64,000 nucleotides of DNA from a virus. A program made the translations under genes and the position numbers. The stretch lies in the IMG/VR virus record IMGVR_UViG_3300005613_000011, positions 1-64,000 of that record, one strand, 5' to 3'. Positions 17,958 to 27,090 of the stretch are shown here, piece by piece; within the stretch, counting starts at the first letter, position 1, and every line of letters begins with the position of its first letter. Under the pieces are notes generated by a model. The model was given only the letters and a program-made list of their open reading frames with translations, was not told the origin of the DNA and made no database searches.

Positions 17958-18185
17958 ACTTATATCTTCCACTAATGTCTTAAGGCTTGTATATGCTGCA
18001 ACTATGTCGCTGCTTTTATCTCCAACCTTGGAGAGAAAACCGGCTTTCCCGCCACTATTTTTAGCTAAATCTTTTAGTTGGTCAATCGCAAAATTGCATT
18101 GTCTAACTGCTTTTGTTATAATATTGATTGCTTTTCTTGTCGTAATTTCATCTTCCGTTTCTATAAGATTTACTAATTTAGCCAT
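17934..18185 (-). CDS. Small hypothetical virion-cassette protein; stop codon supplied by the element
   Basis: GAAAGG RBS; the empty site would end VTPL* instead of VTPF*. Confidence 0.7.
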   Translation of the reverse strand: MAKLVNLIETEDEITTRKAINIITKAVRQCNFAIDQLKDLAKNSGGKAGFLSKVGDKSSDIVAAYTSLKTLVEDISDLNVTPF

Positions 18186-18203
18186 AATTTAACCTTTCTG
18201 TTT

Positions 18204-18836
18204 TTAAGTGATTGTACTTACTGTTCTATCTCCTTCGTCTGTTACTTTTCCTTGGAATACAGTAGTTGTTCCATCTCTTCCTCTGACTGTCCAAACTCCT
18301 GTTGCCGTATTATAGCTTGAAGTTCCTCCAGTGATTGCTACTATAACCTCTATTGCTTTTTCTAGTGTTAAGCTTCCGCCAGTAGAATCTATATTACTTG
18401 ACATTATGTCTGATGGTAGTCCTGTTATCTGGTCACTGATAGTCTCCAGCGTATCACCGGAAGTCGCGTCGTATAGATATGCAGTTACGTCTACGTCTGT
18501 ATCAGCGGCATTAGGAGATAATATTCTGAGTATTACCTCCTCGTTTGCCGGGACAGGAAATTGGGAAGTCCAGATAGCGGAACGCACTTCTGTGCCAAAT
18601 GTGACTATTTGTGGAGAAGGCTGTATTGTCTGCCCACCTACAGTAATTACTAATTGGAAATCTCCTCCTGATCCATCCAGGTTGTCACTTCCGTCGCCAA
18701 GTTTTATGTAGCCCTGACAGATTGTGGCGTTAGATGCGTCTGGTGTATCTGTCAGTACTGTGACTAGAGTAGTCAGATCCAATGGTGAACCTGGTCCTGC
18801 TCCTGCATTACGTTCTGTGTCAAATTCAGTTATCAT
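18204..18836 (-). CDS. Virion decoration-like protein
   Basis: Thr-rich beta protein; C-terminal module paralogous to that of 16479-17567. Confidence 0.7.
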   Translation of the reverse strand: MITEFDTERNAGAGPGSPLDLTTLVTVLTDTPDASNATICQGYIKLGDGSDNLDGSGGDFQLVITVGGQTIQPSPQIVTFGTEVRSAIWTSQFPVPANEEVILRILSPNAADTDVDVTAYLYDATSGDTLETISDQITGLPSDIMSSNIDSTGGSLTLEKAIEVIVAITGGTSSYNTATGVWTVRGRDGTTTVFQGKVTDEGDRTVSTIT

Positions 18837-20195
18837 TTACGATCTCCAGTTACGTGGCTTATAATCTCTTGCCGGTAATCCTGCTGTTATGTACCCTGGT
18901 ATTGAGTCTGTAATATCGATCTTTTGCTTTCTGCCAGCGGCCAGATCTGTTAAACCATAATTCCTATCTTCGTTGGCCGTCGTGTCAGCGTTGTCTATGT
19001 AGCCAATCACTCCGGAGATGACGCGGGTCGATTTACCCCGAATGGTGTCATCGACGGTCGCCGGATAATGAAAGTCAGTTCCATTATCACTGTAAAAGCA
19101 ATACGGGTCATGGGTTCGAACGTCACCATCTATTCCATAGCTAGAATTATTTGTAATCCGGCATCCAACCAGCATCGCTCCTGTATTGGTATAGACTCCA
19201 ATGGTGTTATTATCCGCAACACAATTGGTCAGACCGCATCCATTGTCAAACGAATAACCCCTGTCGTTTTCAAACGCAACGCAGTTGCTGCCATTTGTCA
19301 TCTTCATCGCAAAGCCGTGCGAGGCATTATTATATGCGACACAACCGAACATCGATGACCCATAAATGTTGCCGAATCCATGACCGCTGCCGTGGTCGTA
19401 GGCCCGGCAGTTTATCATTGACGAATATTGGATCAGTCCCGCACTGTACGGGCGGCCGAAGCCGTGTGCCGCGCCGGCGGACGCGACACAGTTGACCAGC
19501 GAGCAATATCGCAGCGTCTGTCCGGACGCCCACGCCTCGTCAGTCGTCTGCGTGACGTGGATGTTCCGGAACTCTAAAGCATAACGCAATCCTGTTTGGG
19601 CGAATCCCGTTACAGCCTTGTCGTTTCCGTCCAGTACCGCCTCCGTCCCATCTTCCGTCCACGAGGAATTAACGCCGACGAACTCGATGGGATTCGAGTA
19701 GCTGCCGTCGGTCTCTAAATAGACCCCAGGAGTTGACCTGGCCGCCAGTGTATCAACACTGGTAGGATCACCAGCCCCACCCCCCGCATCATCATTTGTC
19801 ACTCCTTCTGCTACCAATATATCATCCTCAGTATAGCCATCGTCCAGCCATACTAAGACCAGATCATCTGCACCAAGACTCCCCGTCATATCATTCGCTT
19901 CTACAACGATTCCCTGCCAAGTTGACCCCGCGTCTTTGTTATGGACAACATCTTCAATTCCCCAGGCACTCACATCCGTCCCATTACAATCTATCAAGAC
20001 AAGGCGAGACAGGTCGCCGGTCCCCTTGATATAAAGCGCGTCGCCTGCGGCCAGTGCGGTGGCGTTTGACGTCCCGCGCATCGCCGCCTGGAGGCCCGCC
20101 GGGCCGGTGTAAACGTCGCCGGAACCGTCGCCGTTCTTGTCGCCCGTTGCGTCACTGTACGCCGCTTCCAGGTCGAGATAATACGTGTCTGTCAT
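18837..20195 (-). CDS. Right-handed beta-helix (pectate lyase-like) tail spike/fibre protein
   Basis: Repeated NC.AY.N..HGF units; paralogous to 57299-58291. Confidence 0.8.
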   Translation of the reverse strand: MTDTYYLDLEAAYSDATGDKNGDGSGDVYTGPAGLQAAMRGTSNATALAAGDALYIKGTGDLSRLVLIDCNGTDVSAWGIEDVVHNKDAGSTWQGIVVEANDMTGSLGADDLVLVWLDDGYTEDDILVAEGVTNDDAGGGAGDPTSVDTLAARSTPGVYLETDGSYSNPIEFVGVNSSWTEDGTEAVLDGNDKAVTGFAQTGLRYALEFRNIHVTQTTDEAWASGQTLRYCSLVNCVASAGAAHGFGRPYSAGLIQYSSMINCRAYDHGSGHGFGNIYGSSMFGCVAYNNASHGFAMKMTNGSNCVAFENDRGYSFDNGCGLTNCVADNNTIGVYTNTGAMLVGCRITNNSSYGIDGDVRTHDPYCFYSDNGTDFHYPATVDDTIRGKSTRVISGVIGYIDNADTTANEDRNYGLTDLAAGRKQKIDITDSIPGYITAGLPARDYKPRNWRS

Positions 20196-20563
20196 TGTCT
20201 AATCTCTGGTGTTAGTGTTTTTAATGTTATCCCGTGTTTCTCACAAAATTTTGTTATGTCGATTACTTTTCCGTCCCTCGCTGCTTTAATGACGGGGATC
20301 AGGTCATTTTTTTCCACAGTAAATATTTCTTGTGGTTCCGGTTCAGTAGGAAGCGGAGTCTGATCGAACCTACATTCGATTAGTTTGGAATCACCAGGAG
20401 GAATACATCTGAAAAACTTACAGTTTATAAAAGTTAAGTTTTTTCTTTCCGAAAAGCAGGGACTGTCAGGTTCTGGCCCAATAAGTACCGAGTTTGTAAT
20501 AGTGTCGCTTGATTTGAGATGTTTCTCTAAACATCTCAAGCTTGTTCCTGTATATTTAGTCAT
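20192..20563 (-). CDS. Hypothetical protein, first gene of the minus-strand virion cassette
   Basis: 123-aa ORF; LTFINCKFFRCIPP; ATGA overlap with the next gene. Confidence 0.7.
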   Translation of the reverse strand: MTKYTGTSLRCLEKHLKSSDTITNSVLIGPEPDSPCFSERKNLTFINCKFFRCIPPGDSKLIECRFDQTPLPTEPEPQEIFTVEKNDLIPVIKAARDGKVIDITKFCEKHGITLKTLTPEIRQ

Positions 20564-20692
20564 AATTTATTTTTCAATTAAGATTAGAAAAATCCTTTGT
20601 TTATGAATATAAAATTCACCTTCTAACTTTTTTTTCGATATTTTTCGTTTTTTTCTATAAATGTGTTTAGCTTTTTTGGTATATTATGCCGA

Positions 20693-21109
20693 AATTGACT
20701 AATAGAAAGTTCCGTAGAGGAAATAAGAAATTGAATAACTGTTGATATTTTGCCGTGCTAGGCCATAATCTTCCAAGTTCCATCGCTGTAACGAACGCTG
20801 AAGGATGTCAGGTTTCATTCAATTCCTCAAGGACTCACAATCAGAGAATGGAGTCTATTTAGTGAAACCAAGTGGTATAAAAGGCCACCGGAATTGCGGA
20901 GTCCTACCAGGATGATTGTAAGGCAAGCTCCTGGATGGCATCTACAGCGCAACAGCTTAGCGGGTTAATAACCGTCAAAGCGAACGTCCCGTAACCTTAC
21001 GATTAGCTAAATAGTCGTTGCAAAAACCGCTCGATCATACACATTCTTCACGTTCCATAGAGGAGCGTGCGCCTCTTCGCCATTATTGGCGATTATCACC
21101 TAGTCAATT
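20693..21109 (+). ncRNA. Large structured non-coding RNA of unknown class (~420 nt)
   Basis: ORF-free and more GC-rich than flanks; 9-bp closing stem 20693-20701/21101-21109; about ten internal helices; G-U pairs favour the plus strand. Confidence 0.7.
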
Positions 21110-21149
21110 AGTTTTCGTCTTTAAAGTTTTTCATGGTTTCGTCAGATAA

Positions 21150-21196
21150 TTGTACCGCCGAAGGCGGTACAAGCGGAGTTTTTGCGAAGCAAAAAC
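21150..21196 (+). other. Two adjacent perfect hairpins with cGAAg triloops
   Basis: TTGTACCGCC-GAA-GGCGGTACAA (21150-21172) and GTTTTTGC-GAA-GCAAAAAC (21178-21196). Confidence 0.8.
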
Positions 21197-21413
21197 GAGC
21201 ATATTTAACAAGGATAATATATTTTTTTATTAGTATATTTATACTATGAACTGGTACAAATTCTCTACATACTACGACTACTTAAGGAAATATCCTGTGA
21301 CTACAGAAAATATCAGACAACTAGTAGAAGAAGGGGAGTTACCAGAAGGTTATTATTTCGTAAAAAATAGTGGTACTTGGTCTGTCTATTCCCCAGAAGG
21401 AACACTAGTTTCA

Positions 21414-22840
21414 ATGAACTACCCAAGTTAAAGCACTGGGGTTTCCTGACTCTTTCTTCTATTACTAGAAGTTTTTTGATAAAAACTTACTCTAATATAT
21501 TTTGATTCTAACGAATCAAATATACTAGTAGCAGAGGTTTTCATCTCCTCAAGCTTAAATTCCCTGCGTTCCACAGGTACATATTTATTTAATCCTTCAG
21601 TTTCTATACATCTAGCAGATTTTAAATCTCTATCTTCTTTAAATCCACAACTACAAGAATAAACTCTTTGACTTAAAGGAATTTTATTTTTCTTGTTACA
21701 ACTAGGACAAAGTTGAGTAGAAGGAAAGAATTTATCTACTAATATAGGTGTATGAGATTTGTTTTTCAAGTCTCTAATTATCCTACCTATACTAGTATTT
21801 TGAATTTTCTTTCCATGATTACTACTCTTCCAACTATGTATGGATTCATCTTGAAAGATTATATTCTTATAATTATTTACTAATTTAGAAACAATCTTGT
21901 TTCTAATATTATTTTTAATATTAGTGAGTCTAATATATTCTCTTTGTCGTTTGATTTGATCTTTCAACTTGTTATTAGATCGTCTTCTGTTTTTCTTCAT
22001 TATCTTTCTATCTAAACGTTTGAGGCGTTTAGATATTGGTACTTCGTATCTTATTTTAGTTCCATTAGAAAGAGTTAGTTGTGTTTCACAACCGAAGTCT
22101 ATTCCTATTGATTCTCCAATAAATTGTTTATCTTCTTTCTCTTGATAAGTAGTGATGTGTATGAAAAAGTCATTAGCTTTTTTAATTAAAGTGGCATTTG
22201 CTATTTCACAATCTTTAGGTATTTGTTGTAGGCCGTAAACTTTAATAGCTCTTTTTATTCCTTGAATCTTTATACTGTTAGAAACCTTAATGATTTTATA
22301 GGTCTTATTATATTGTTTAAGAGGAATAGAACTTAGTTGTGAGATAAACTTTAGTTTACCTACTCGTTGACCTTTCTTCTTCTTTTCTGAAAGAGATAAG
22401 ATATTGAAGTATAGTCTTTCTCTTATCCCTTGTTTCATCTGTGAAGAGATCTTATCTAATCTTCTTATTTTATAATGATCTTTTACTTTTACAGGTACTT
22501 CTTTTAATTTAGTATTATACTCGAAAGGATCGTTTTCTAGTATATCATTGTATAACCATTTACCTTGTATAAATAATGAGTTAAGATGATTGAGAGTAGA
22601 GATAGAAAGTTTAGACTTATCAATTTTAGTTTGATAAACTTTACAAGTTTGAGACTTATGTCTTTTTGTAGTTTCTAGTCGTTTTGTATATCTTCTACTC
22701 ATTACTATTCTATTATTATATAATAATAGAACTGATTCCTTTAAAAAAGTGAATAAAATATTTATATAAATTTTTAAAAAGAAATTATTATTTTGATTTA
22801 TCTTTACGATAAATAATTAAGGTTTTCTTAAAACGTTTCA
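21414..22840 (-). mobile_element. Second tnpB-only IS200/IS605-superfamily element; probable TAM TTTAC
   Basis: Right end GGAAACCCCAG..TTGGGTAGTTCAT; boundaries inferred from restoring the host gene; GTTTCA at both junctions makes them ambiguous by up to 6 bp. Confidence 0.75.
21428..22702 (-). CDS. tnpB: RNA-guided endonuclease TnpB (second, unrelated subtype)
   Basis: IGIDFG, IFQDE, PSTQLCPSC..CSCG and DRDLKSA motifs. Confidence 0.93.
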   Translation of the reverse strand: MSRRYTKRLETTKRHKSQTCKVYQTKIDKSKLSISTLNHLNSLFIQGKWLYNDILENDPFEYNTKLKEVPVKVKDHYKIRRLDKISSQMKQGIRERLYFNILSLSEKKKKGQRVGKLKFISQLSSIPLKQYNKTYKIIKVSNSIKIQGIKRAIKVYGLQQIPKDCEIANATLIKKANDFFIHITTYQEKEDKQFIGESIGIDFGCETQLTLSNGTKIRYEVPISKRLKRLDRKIMKKNRRRSNNKLKDQIKRQREYIRLTNIKNNIRNKIVSKLVNNYKNIIFQDESIHSWKSSNHGKKIQNTSIGRIIRDLKNKSHTPILVDKFFPSTQLCPSCNKKNKIPLSQRVYSCSCGFKEDRDLKSARCIETEGLNKYVPVERREFKLEEMKTSATSIFDSLESKYIRVSFYQKTSSNRRKSQETPVL

Positions 22841-23119
22841 GTAAACGAAAAATCTAAAGATTCCGCCAGAACAAGAGCATTACAATTAATCAAGTATATT
22901 GAAAATATTTCTGCTTAATATTTCTCTTGTTAATAATTTTTCAACTTTCTGACGATATATTTTTCAAATTCACTATATTTTAATTCATATAATAGACAAA
23001 ATAAAAATTACTATTTTTCTAAGCAATTTTAAAGAATTAGTCGATACATAAATGTTAGTCTGCGAGAATCTACATAAATTTATTCATTGTAGAGTGTCAG
23101 TATAATAAAAAGGACTAAT

Positions 23120-23437
23120 ATGCTTACACCAGGTGATAGTAGAGTAAAAGAAAATCTTCCTAAAATAAAAAAGAGATTAGAAGACGTAAACATAAAGATA
23201 TATTTCTTACCTTCACAAAAATTAAAAAAAGAAATATCTTTAAACAATAATCCTTTGGTTCAGGGAATCCCTAAATCATTTGTTGAGATGTTACTATCAG
23301 GAAGAGGAATACTTATTCAAAAAAGAATGTTGTATGATTGGTTAGCCGGTGATCTGGATAAGAAAAATTCATATATTTTGAGCAATGGTGAAATAAATGT
23401 TGTTGGTGGTTTAAAAAATATTAGAGAGTTTTTGTAA
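23120..23437 (+). CDS. Hypothetical protein
   Basis: 105-aa ORF with AAGGA RBS. Confidence 0.7.
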   Translation: MLTPGDSRVKENLPKIKKRLEDVNIKIYFLPSQKLKKEISLNNNPLVQGIPKSFVEMLLSGRGILIQKRMLYDWLAGDLDKKNSYILSNGEINVVGGLKNIREFL

Positions 23438-23439
23438 AT

Positions 23440-23685
23440 ATGGAAAAAGAACAGAAAAAAACACCTAAAAAAACAACGAAGAAAAAAGAAGAAGAATTAA
23501 CAGTCAGAAAGAAAGAATTCAGTATTGAAGGTAGACTTGTTCATATTTGTGTTGGTGATGAACAAAAACCAGCAAATGATGAAGACATTAACAAAATAGA
23601 AGAAAATATAAAAAAAGCAATTCCTGATGATATTGAATGTATTATTTTTGTGACTCATCATGCGGTAAAAGTTACAGTTTTCTAG
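23440..23685 (+). CDS. Hypothetical protein
   Basis: 81-aa ORF in operon. Confidence 0.7.
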   Translation: MEKEQKKTPKKTTKKKEEELTVRKKEFSIEGRLVHICVGDEQKPANDEDINKIEENIKKAIPDDIECIIFVTHHAVKVTVF

Positions 23686-23706
23686 AAGGAGTAAAATATC
23701 TTTCAT

Positions 23707-24114
23707 TTGAATGAAGAAGTAGAGGATTCAGTGAACAAAGTATTTCAAGATTTCAGTGAATTCTGGTTTTACACGAAAAATTTATCTGTAAGCCAGAGAA
23801 ACGTTTTATTTACTTCTCTGCCCTCAAAAGAACAGCACATGCTTCAACATTCTTATAAAAGGGGAGGTTGGGAAGATCTGTTTATAAGAAACAGGATAGA
23901 CAATGTTATTGATGGAATAAAAAAAGAAATGGATATTGATTTACTTGATATAAGAGTAAAAGCGTTGCATGGAAGTTGTACTTACATTAAATTATCTCAA
24001 TGGGAATGGATATATGGAGCTTTGTCCAGGTATACTGACAAACATTTGAATTATGTACTTGGTAATATAAAGATCGAAAAAGAAGGGGATATGGTTTGTT
24101 TAAGTCATAATTAA
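23707..24114 (+). CDS. Hypothetical protein
   Basis: 135-aa ORF, TTG start, AAGGAG upstream. Confidence 0.7.
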   Translation: MNEEVEDSVNKVFQDFSEFWFYTKNLSVSQRNVLFTSLPSKEQHMLQHSYKRGGWEDLFIRNRIDNVIDGIKKEMDIDLLDIRVKALHGSCTYIKLSQWEWIYGALSRYTDKHLNYVLGNIKIEKEGDMVCLSHN

Positions 24115-24216
24115 AAACACATCTTTTTGTCGAATAAATAAAAAGGAAATGCCGTTCTCAAGTCAAATCTATAAGTATATAGAATTGACTTGTCTATACA
24201 CTCTTGGAGCATATTT

Positions 24217-26934
24217 ATGTTTAAGAATTTTAGAGATAGAATAAAAAAATGGGCTAAGAAATATATATTGAGAAGAGCACAAAATGGAGACGTTGAACCT
24301 TCTGTAATATATGATTACGATATTGAGGAACCCGTTGAAATCACTCCTGATTTCGCTCAGAATTTCGTATCGCAGGTTAGACAATATTTTGAAAACATAA
24401 ATCCTGCCGATCCTTTAAATTCTCTTCTTCCTCCTTTTCCTGAAAAATGGAAGTCTTCTCAACTGTCTCGGTCTTTTATTATGGTAGCGAACCAGGTATT
24501 AGATGAAAAAGGTTTAGATGAAAGAAATAAGTATGAAATTATAAATACGCTTCTTGGAACAAGACAATTAATAGAATCTTCTTTCACAGATGAAGTATCT
24601 AATTTTATACGAACATCTATTGACCCTGAAAATCCAGATATTAGTTCACTACCGAATGTTAATAAAGAGTGGCTTGAACCTGATACTATAGGTCAATTTC
24701 AGTCAATAGCAAGAGAAATACTTTCATCTGAACCATATAATATGAACGAGATGGAGGCAGATTCTATTATTACTTCCATGATGGAACCAAGAGTTGAAGG
24801 AAAAGAAAGATTTACTGGTTTACCGGAAGATCTTTTAAGACGTATCGTTATTAAAAATGTTAATGAAAAAACAATACTTGACGGATTAGCCAGTCTTGAC
24901 AGGAGACTTGGCAAAGGCACATATACTCTTGACAGTAAGAATCCTGGAAGCGACAGATATCCTGTAATGTGGGTTTCTCCTCAGTCTCAGCAGTTCTACG
25001 ATACATTTGTTTCGAAAGATCCTCAGAAGAGAGAAGATTTCTTGGCGTATTGTAGAAAAAGTAAGAAAGATGGTGGATCGGGAATGGTTAATAGTATCAT
25101 TAATTATCTTGGTCTAAATAAATCTTTAACGGAGATGCAAAAAGGTGCTGTAGAAAATGACATAGGAAGTTTAATATGGGAATTTCTTGCAACTAAAACT
25201 AGAATTCCTTTTGGTAGAACCGAAAACTTTGATCCGAATACAGGCGAATCAGTTTGCATTAAAGATTACCTAAGTAATTTTTTTGGTAAAAATCCTCAAT
25301 ATCTGCCAAAAGGTATAAAAGTTGAGGTAGTCAAATCAGGAAAAAGAACAGATTATTTATTTAATGGTGTCAACCTTTGTAAATCAGCTGATACACCTCA
25401 AAAATGGGCGATTAGGGACAAGTTATCTCAGTCTGTTTCCTCTTTGATAGCTGCCAAAAACCCAGATATCTTAGATTACGTTCTTAATACTATGGCTGTT
25501 CGTATTGGCAATTATGTTAAAGAAAAGAGAAAAAGGGAAATACCAGAAGCCAGCATTGATGTTCCAGGGAAAGAAGGTAAACCTATGGGAGGAGGTCTGT
25601 CTATAGAGCGAGAAAAAAAACGTAGAGATGTTGCAAAACAAAAAATAGATAAAACACAATTTGGCGAAGAAGATATAGAAAACGCTGTAACTAATAGAAA
25701 GTTAGGAATTGTAATAAAAGAAATTGGTGATGAAAATATATTCCAAAATATATATGACAATTTTGGAAGGGAAACAATTACTTTCTTAAGTTCCGAAATA
25801 GAAAACGGAGTTATAACTAACCCTTCTGCTGTTGTTAAATCCAGTAAAGTTATAGACACATTACAAGCCTTCATGTTATTGTGCTCAAGCCAATTTGATT
25901 CATTTTTATCTAATTCTAATTTCAATAATGATGATGGTAAATTACACTTTGACATGAAAGATGGTAGAGTTAATAAATGGAACGAAACGGTTAATAAAGA
26001 GCGAATGTTTAATACGTTTGCAAATATTGCTGAAGCAAAGAAAATAATTGCCAACATGAATGCAAGATTCAGTAAAGATCCAACTAATGTTGCACAAAAC
26101 ACTGCAAAACAACTTCGAGTAAAAGGTATAACAGAAGAAACTGATCCTATCGTATTTACAATGCTTCAAGACGAAAGCTTTATAAGAAGAAGTATGCTTG
26201 CTGACCCCTCATTAATTGATAATTATTACAAAGTTTCTACTAAAGAAGTGAAAAGAAAGATTAAAGATAAACTTGACAAAAAGAAAATCAGAAAAACTCC
26301 TATAGAAATAAACAAAATGACGTATGAAGCGCTTGGCAAAACTCTCAATGAATCCATGCAGACAATGCCTGGTACTTTTATCCCATATGCAGTAAGTATT
26401 ATTGCACAAAAGGAGAATCAAATAAGACAAGATTTTGCTAACGAACCAGAAATAATGAAATCGGAATTACAGAAATTACGAAAAATGCAGCAAATTTTCG
26501 GATTAGCATTTCCTGTTCACGCTGAGTTTAAATTAGATGACGCAAAATGGGCCGAAAGGATAAGAGATGCCGAGAAAGGAATAAAGAGATATCCTTTCCC
26601 AGGTCATGTTAATAAGACTTTAACACGTATGCTCAATCTTCCAGGAGGAAAAACTATAAGTCACAGAGATGGTTATAGAATGATGGTTGGACTGGAACCT
26701 ATCCCTCAGAATATATTAAGAGAGAGCAGTCAAATGTCTTACTCATTGTATAAGTATGGTAATTCAATTCTAGAAAATATGATTAGATCCTATGATATCC
26801 TTGACAAATTTGGTTTAGGTCAAGAGATAATGGAGACGATAACACAGATAGGAGACGATTATAGAAACAGGATATTATCAGTATCAGTGTCAATTACCCC
26901 TCCCACAAGGGGAGGGGCTTGTTCAACCGGATAA
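24217..26934 (+). CDS. Large hypothetical protein (~905 aa); last 14 aa contributed by an inserted MITE
   Basis: ATG at 24217 has a GGAG RBS; the empty site would end RILSVSV*. Confidence 0.85.
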   Translation: MFKNFRDRIKKWAKKYILRRAQNGDVEPSVIYDYDIEEPVEITPDFAQNFVSQVRQYFENINPADPLNSLLPPFPEKWKSSQLSRSFIMVANQVLDEKGLDERNKYEIINTLLGTRQLIESSFTDEVSNFIRTSIDPENPDISSLPNVNKEWLEPDTIGQFQSIAREILSSEPYNMNEMEADSIITSMMEPRVEGKERFTGLPEDLLRRIVIKNVNEKTILDGLASLDRRLGKGTYTLDSKNPGSDRYPVMWVSPQSQQFYDTFVSKDPQKREDFLAYCRKSKKDGGSGMVNSIINYLGLNKSLTEMQKGAVENDIGSLIWEFLATKTRIPFGRTENFDPNTGESVCIKDYLSNFFGKNPQYLPKGIKVEVVKSGKRTDYLFNGVNLCKSADTPQKWAIRDKLSQSVSSLIAAKNPDILDYVLNTMAVRIGNYVKEKRKREIPEASIDVPGKEGKPMGGGLSIEREKKRRDVAKQKIDKTQFGEEDIENAVTNRKLGIVIKEIGDENIFQNIYDNFGRETITFLSSEIENGVITNPSAVVKSSKVIDTLQAFMLLCSSQFDSFLSNSNFNNDDGKLHFDMKDGRVNKWNETVNKERMFNTFANIAEAKKIIANMNARFSKDPTNVAQNTAKQLRVKGITEETDPIVFTMLQDESFIRRSMLADPSLIDNYYKVSTKEVKRKIKDKLDKKKIRKTPIEINKMTYEALGKTLNESMQTMPGTFIPYAVSIIAQKENQIRQDFANEPEIMKSELQKLRKMQQIFGLAFPVHAEFKLDDAKWAERIRDAEKGIKRYPFPGHVNKTLTRMLNLPGGKTISHRDGYRMMVGLEPIPQNILRESSQMSYSLYKYGNSILENMIRSYDILDKFGLGQEIMETITQIGDDYRNRILSVSVSITPPTRGGACSTG

Positions 26935-27090
26935 ACTGGGAACAATAGGCTGATTGACAACAGCCCTATCTGGATAGCCTGTAGCGTCCAGATATTTGAG
27001 ACATATATTACTATTATCGGATAGTTCTAAAGATTTCTTTAATAATTTTTTCAAATAGGAGAGAGTAGAGGTTTCCTTGCTACAAAGAGT
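26889..27090 (-). mobile_element. 202-bp internally deleted copy of the 8544-9817 element (promoter plus 3-prime omegaRNA retained)
   Basis: Near-identical to 8544-8658 and to 9703-9817, with two deletions; again abuts ATGAA. Confidence 0.95.

Larger units (their letters stand above)
21246..22918 (+). pseudogene. MNWYK-leader gene split by a tnpB element
   Basis: Joining 21246-21413 to 22841-22918 gives an 81-aa ORF ending EGTLVS-VNEKSKDSARTRALQLIKYIENISA*. Confidence 0.75.

Noticed and set aside
20693-21109. tmRNA, RNase P RNA, tRNA or group I intron
   Set aside because: No tRNA-like ends or T-loop, no GAGGAAAGUCC P4 signature, and no flanking exons.
21414-22840. IStron (group I intron-tnpB) in the MNWYK gene
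   Set aside because: tnpB is antisense to the host gene, and there is no room for or sign of an intron core.
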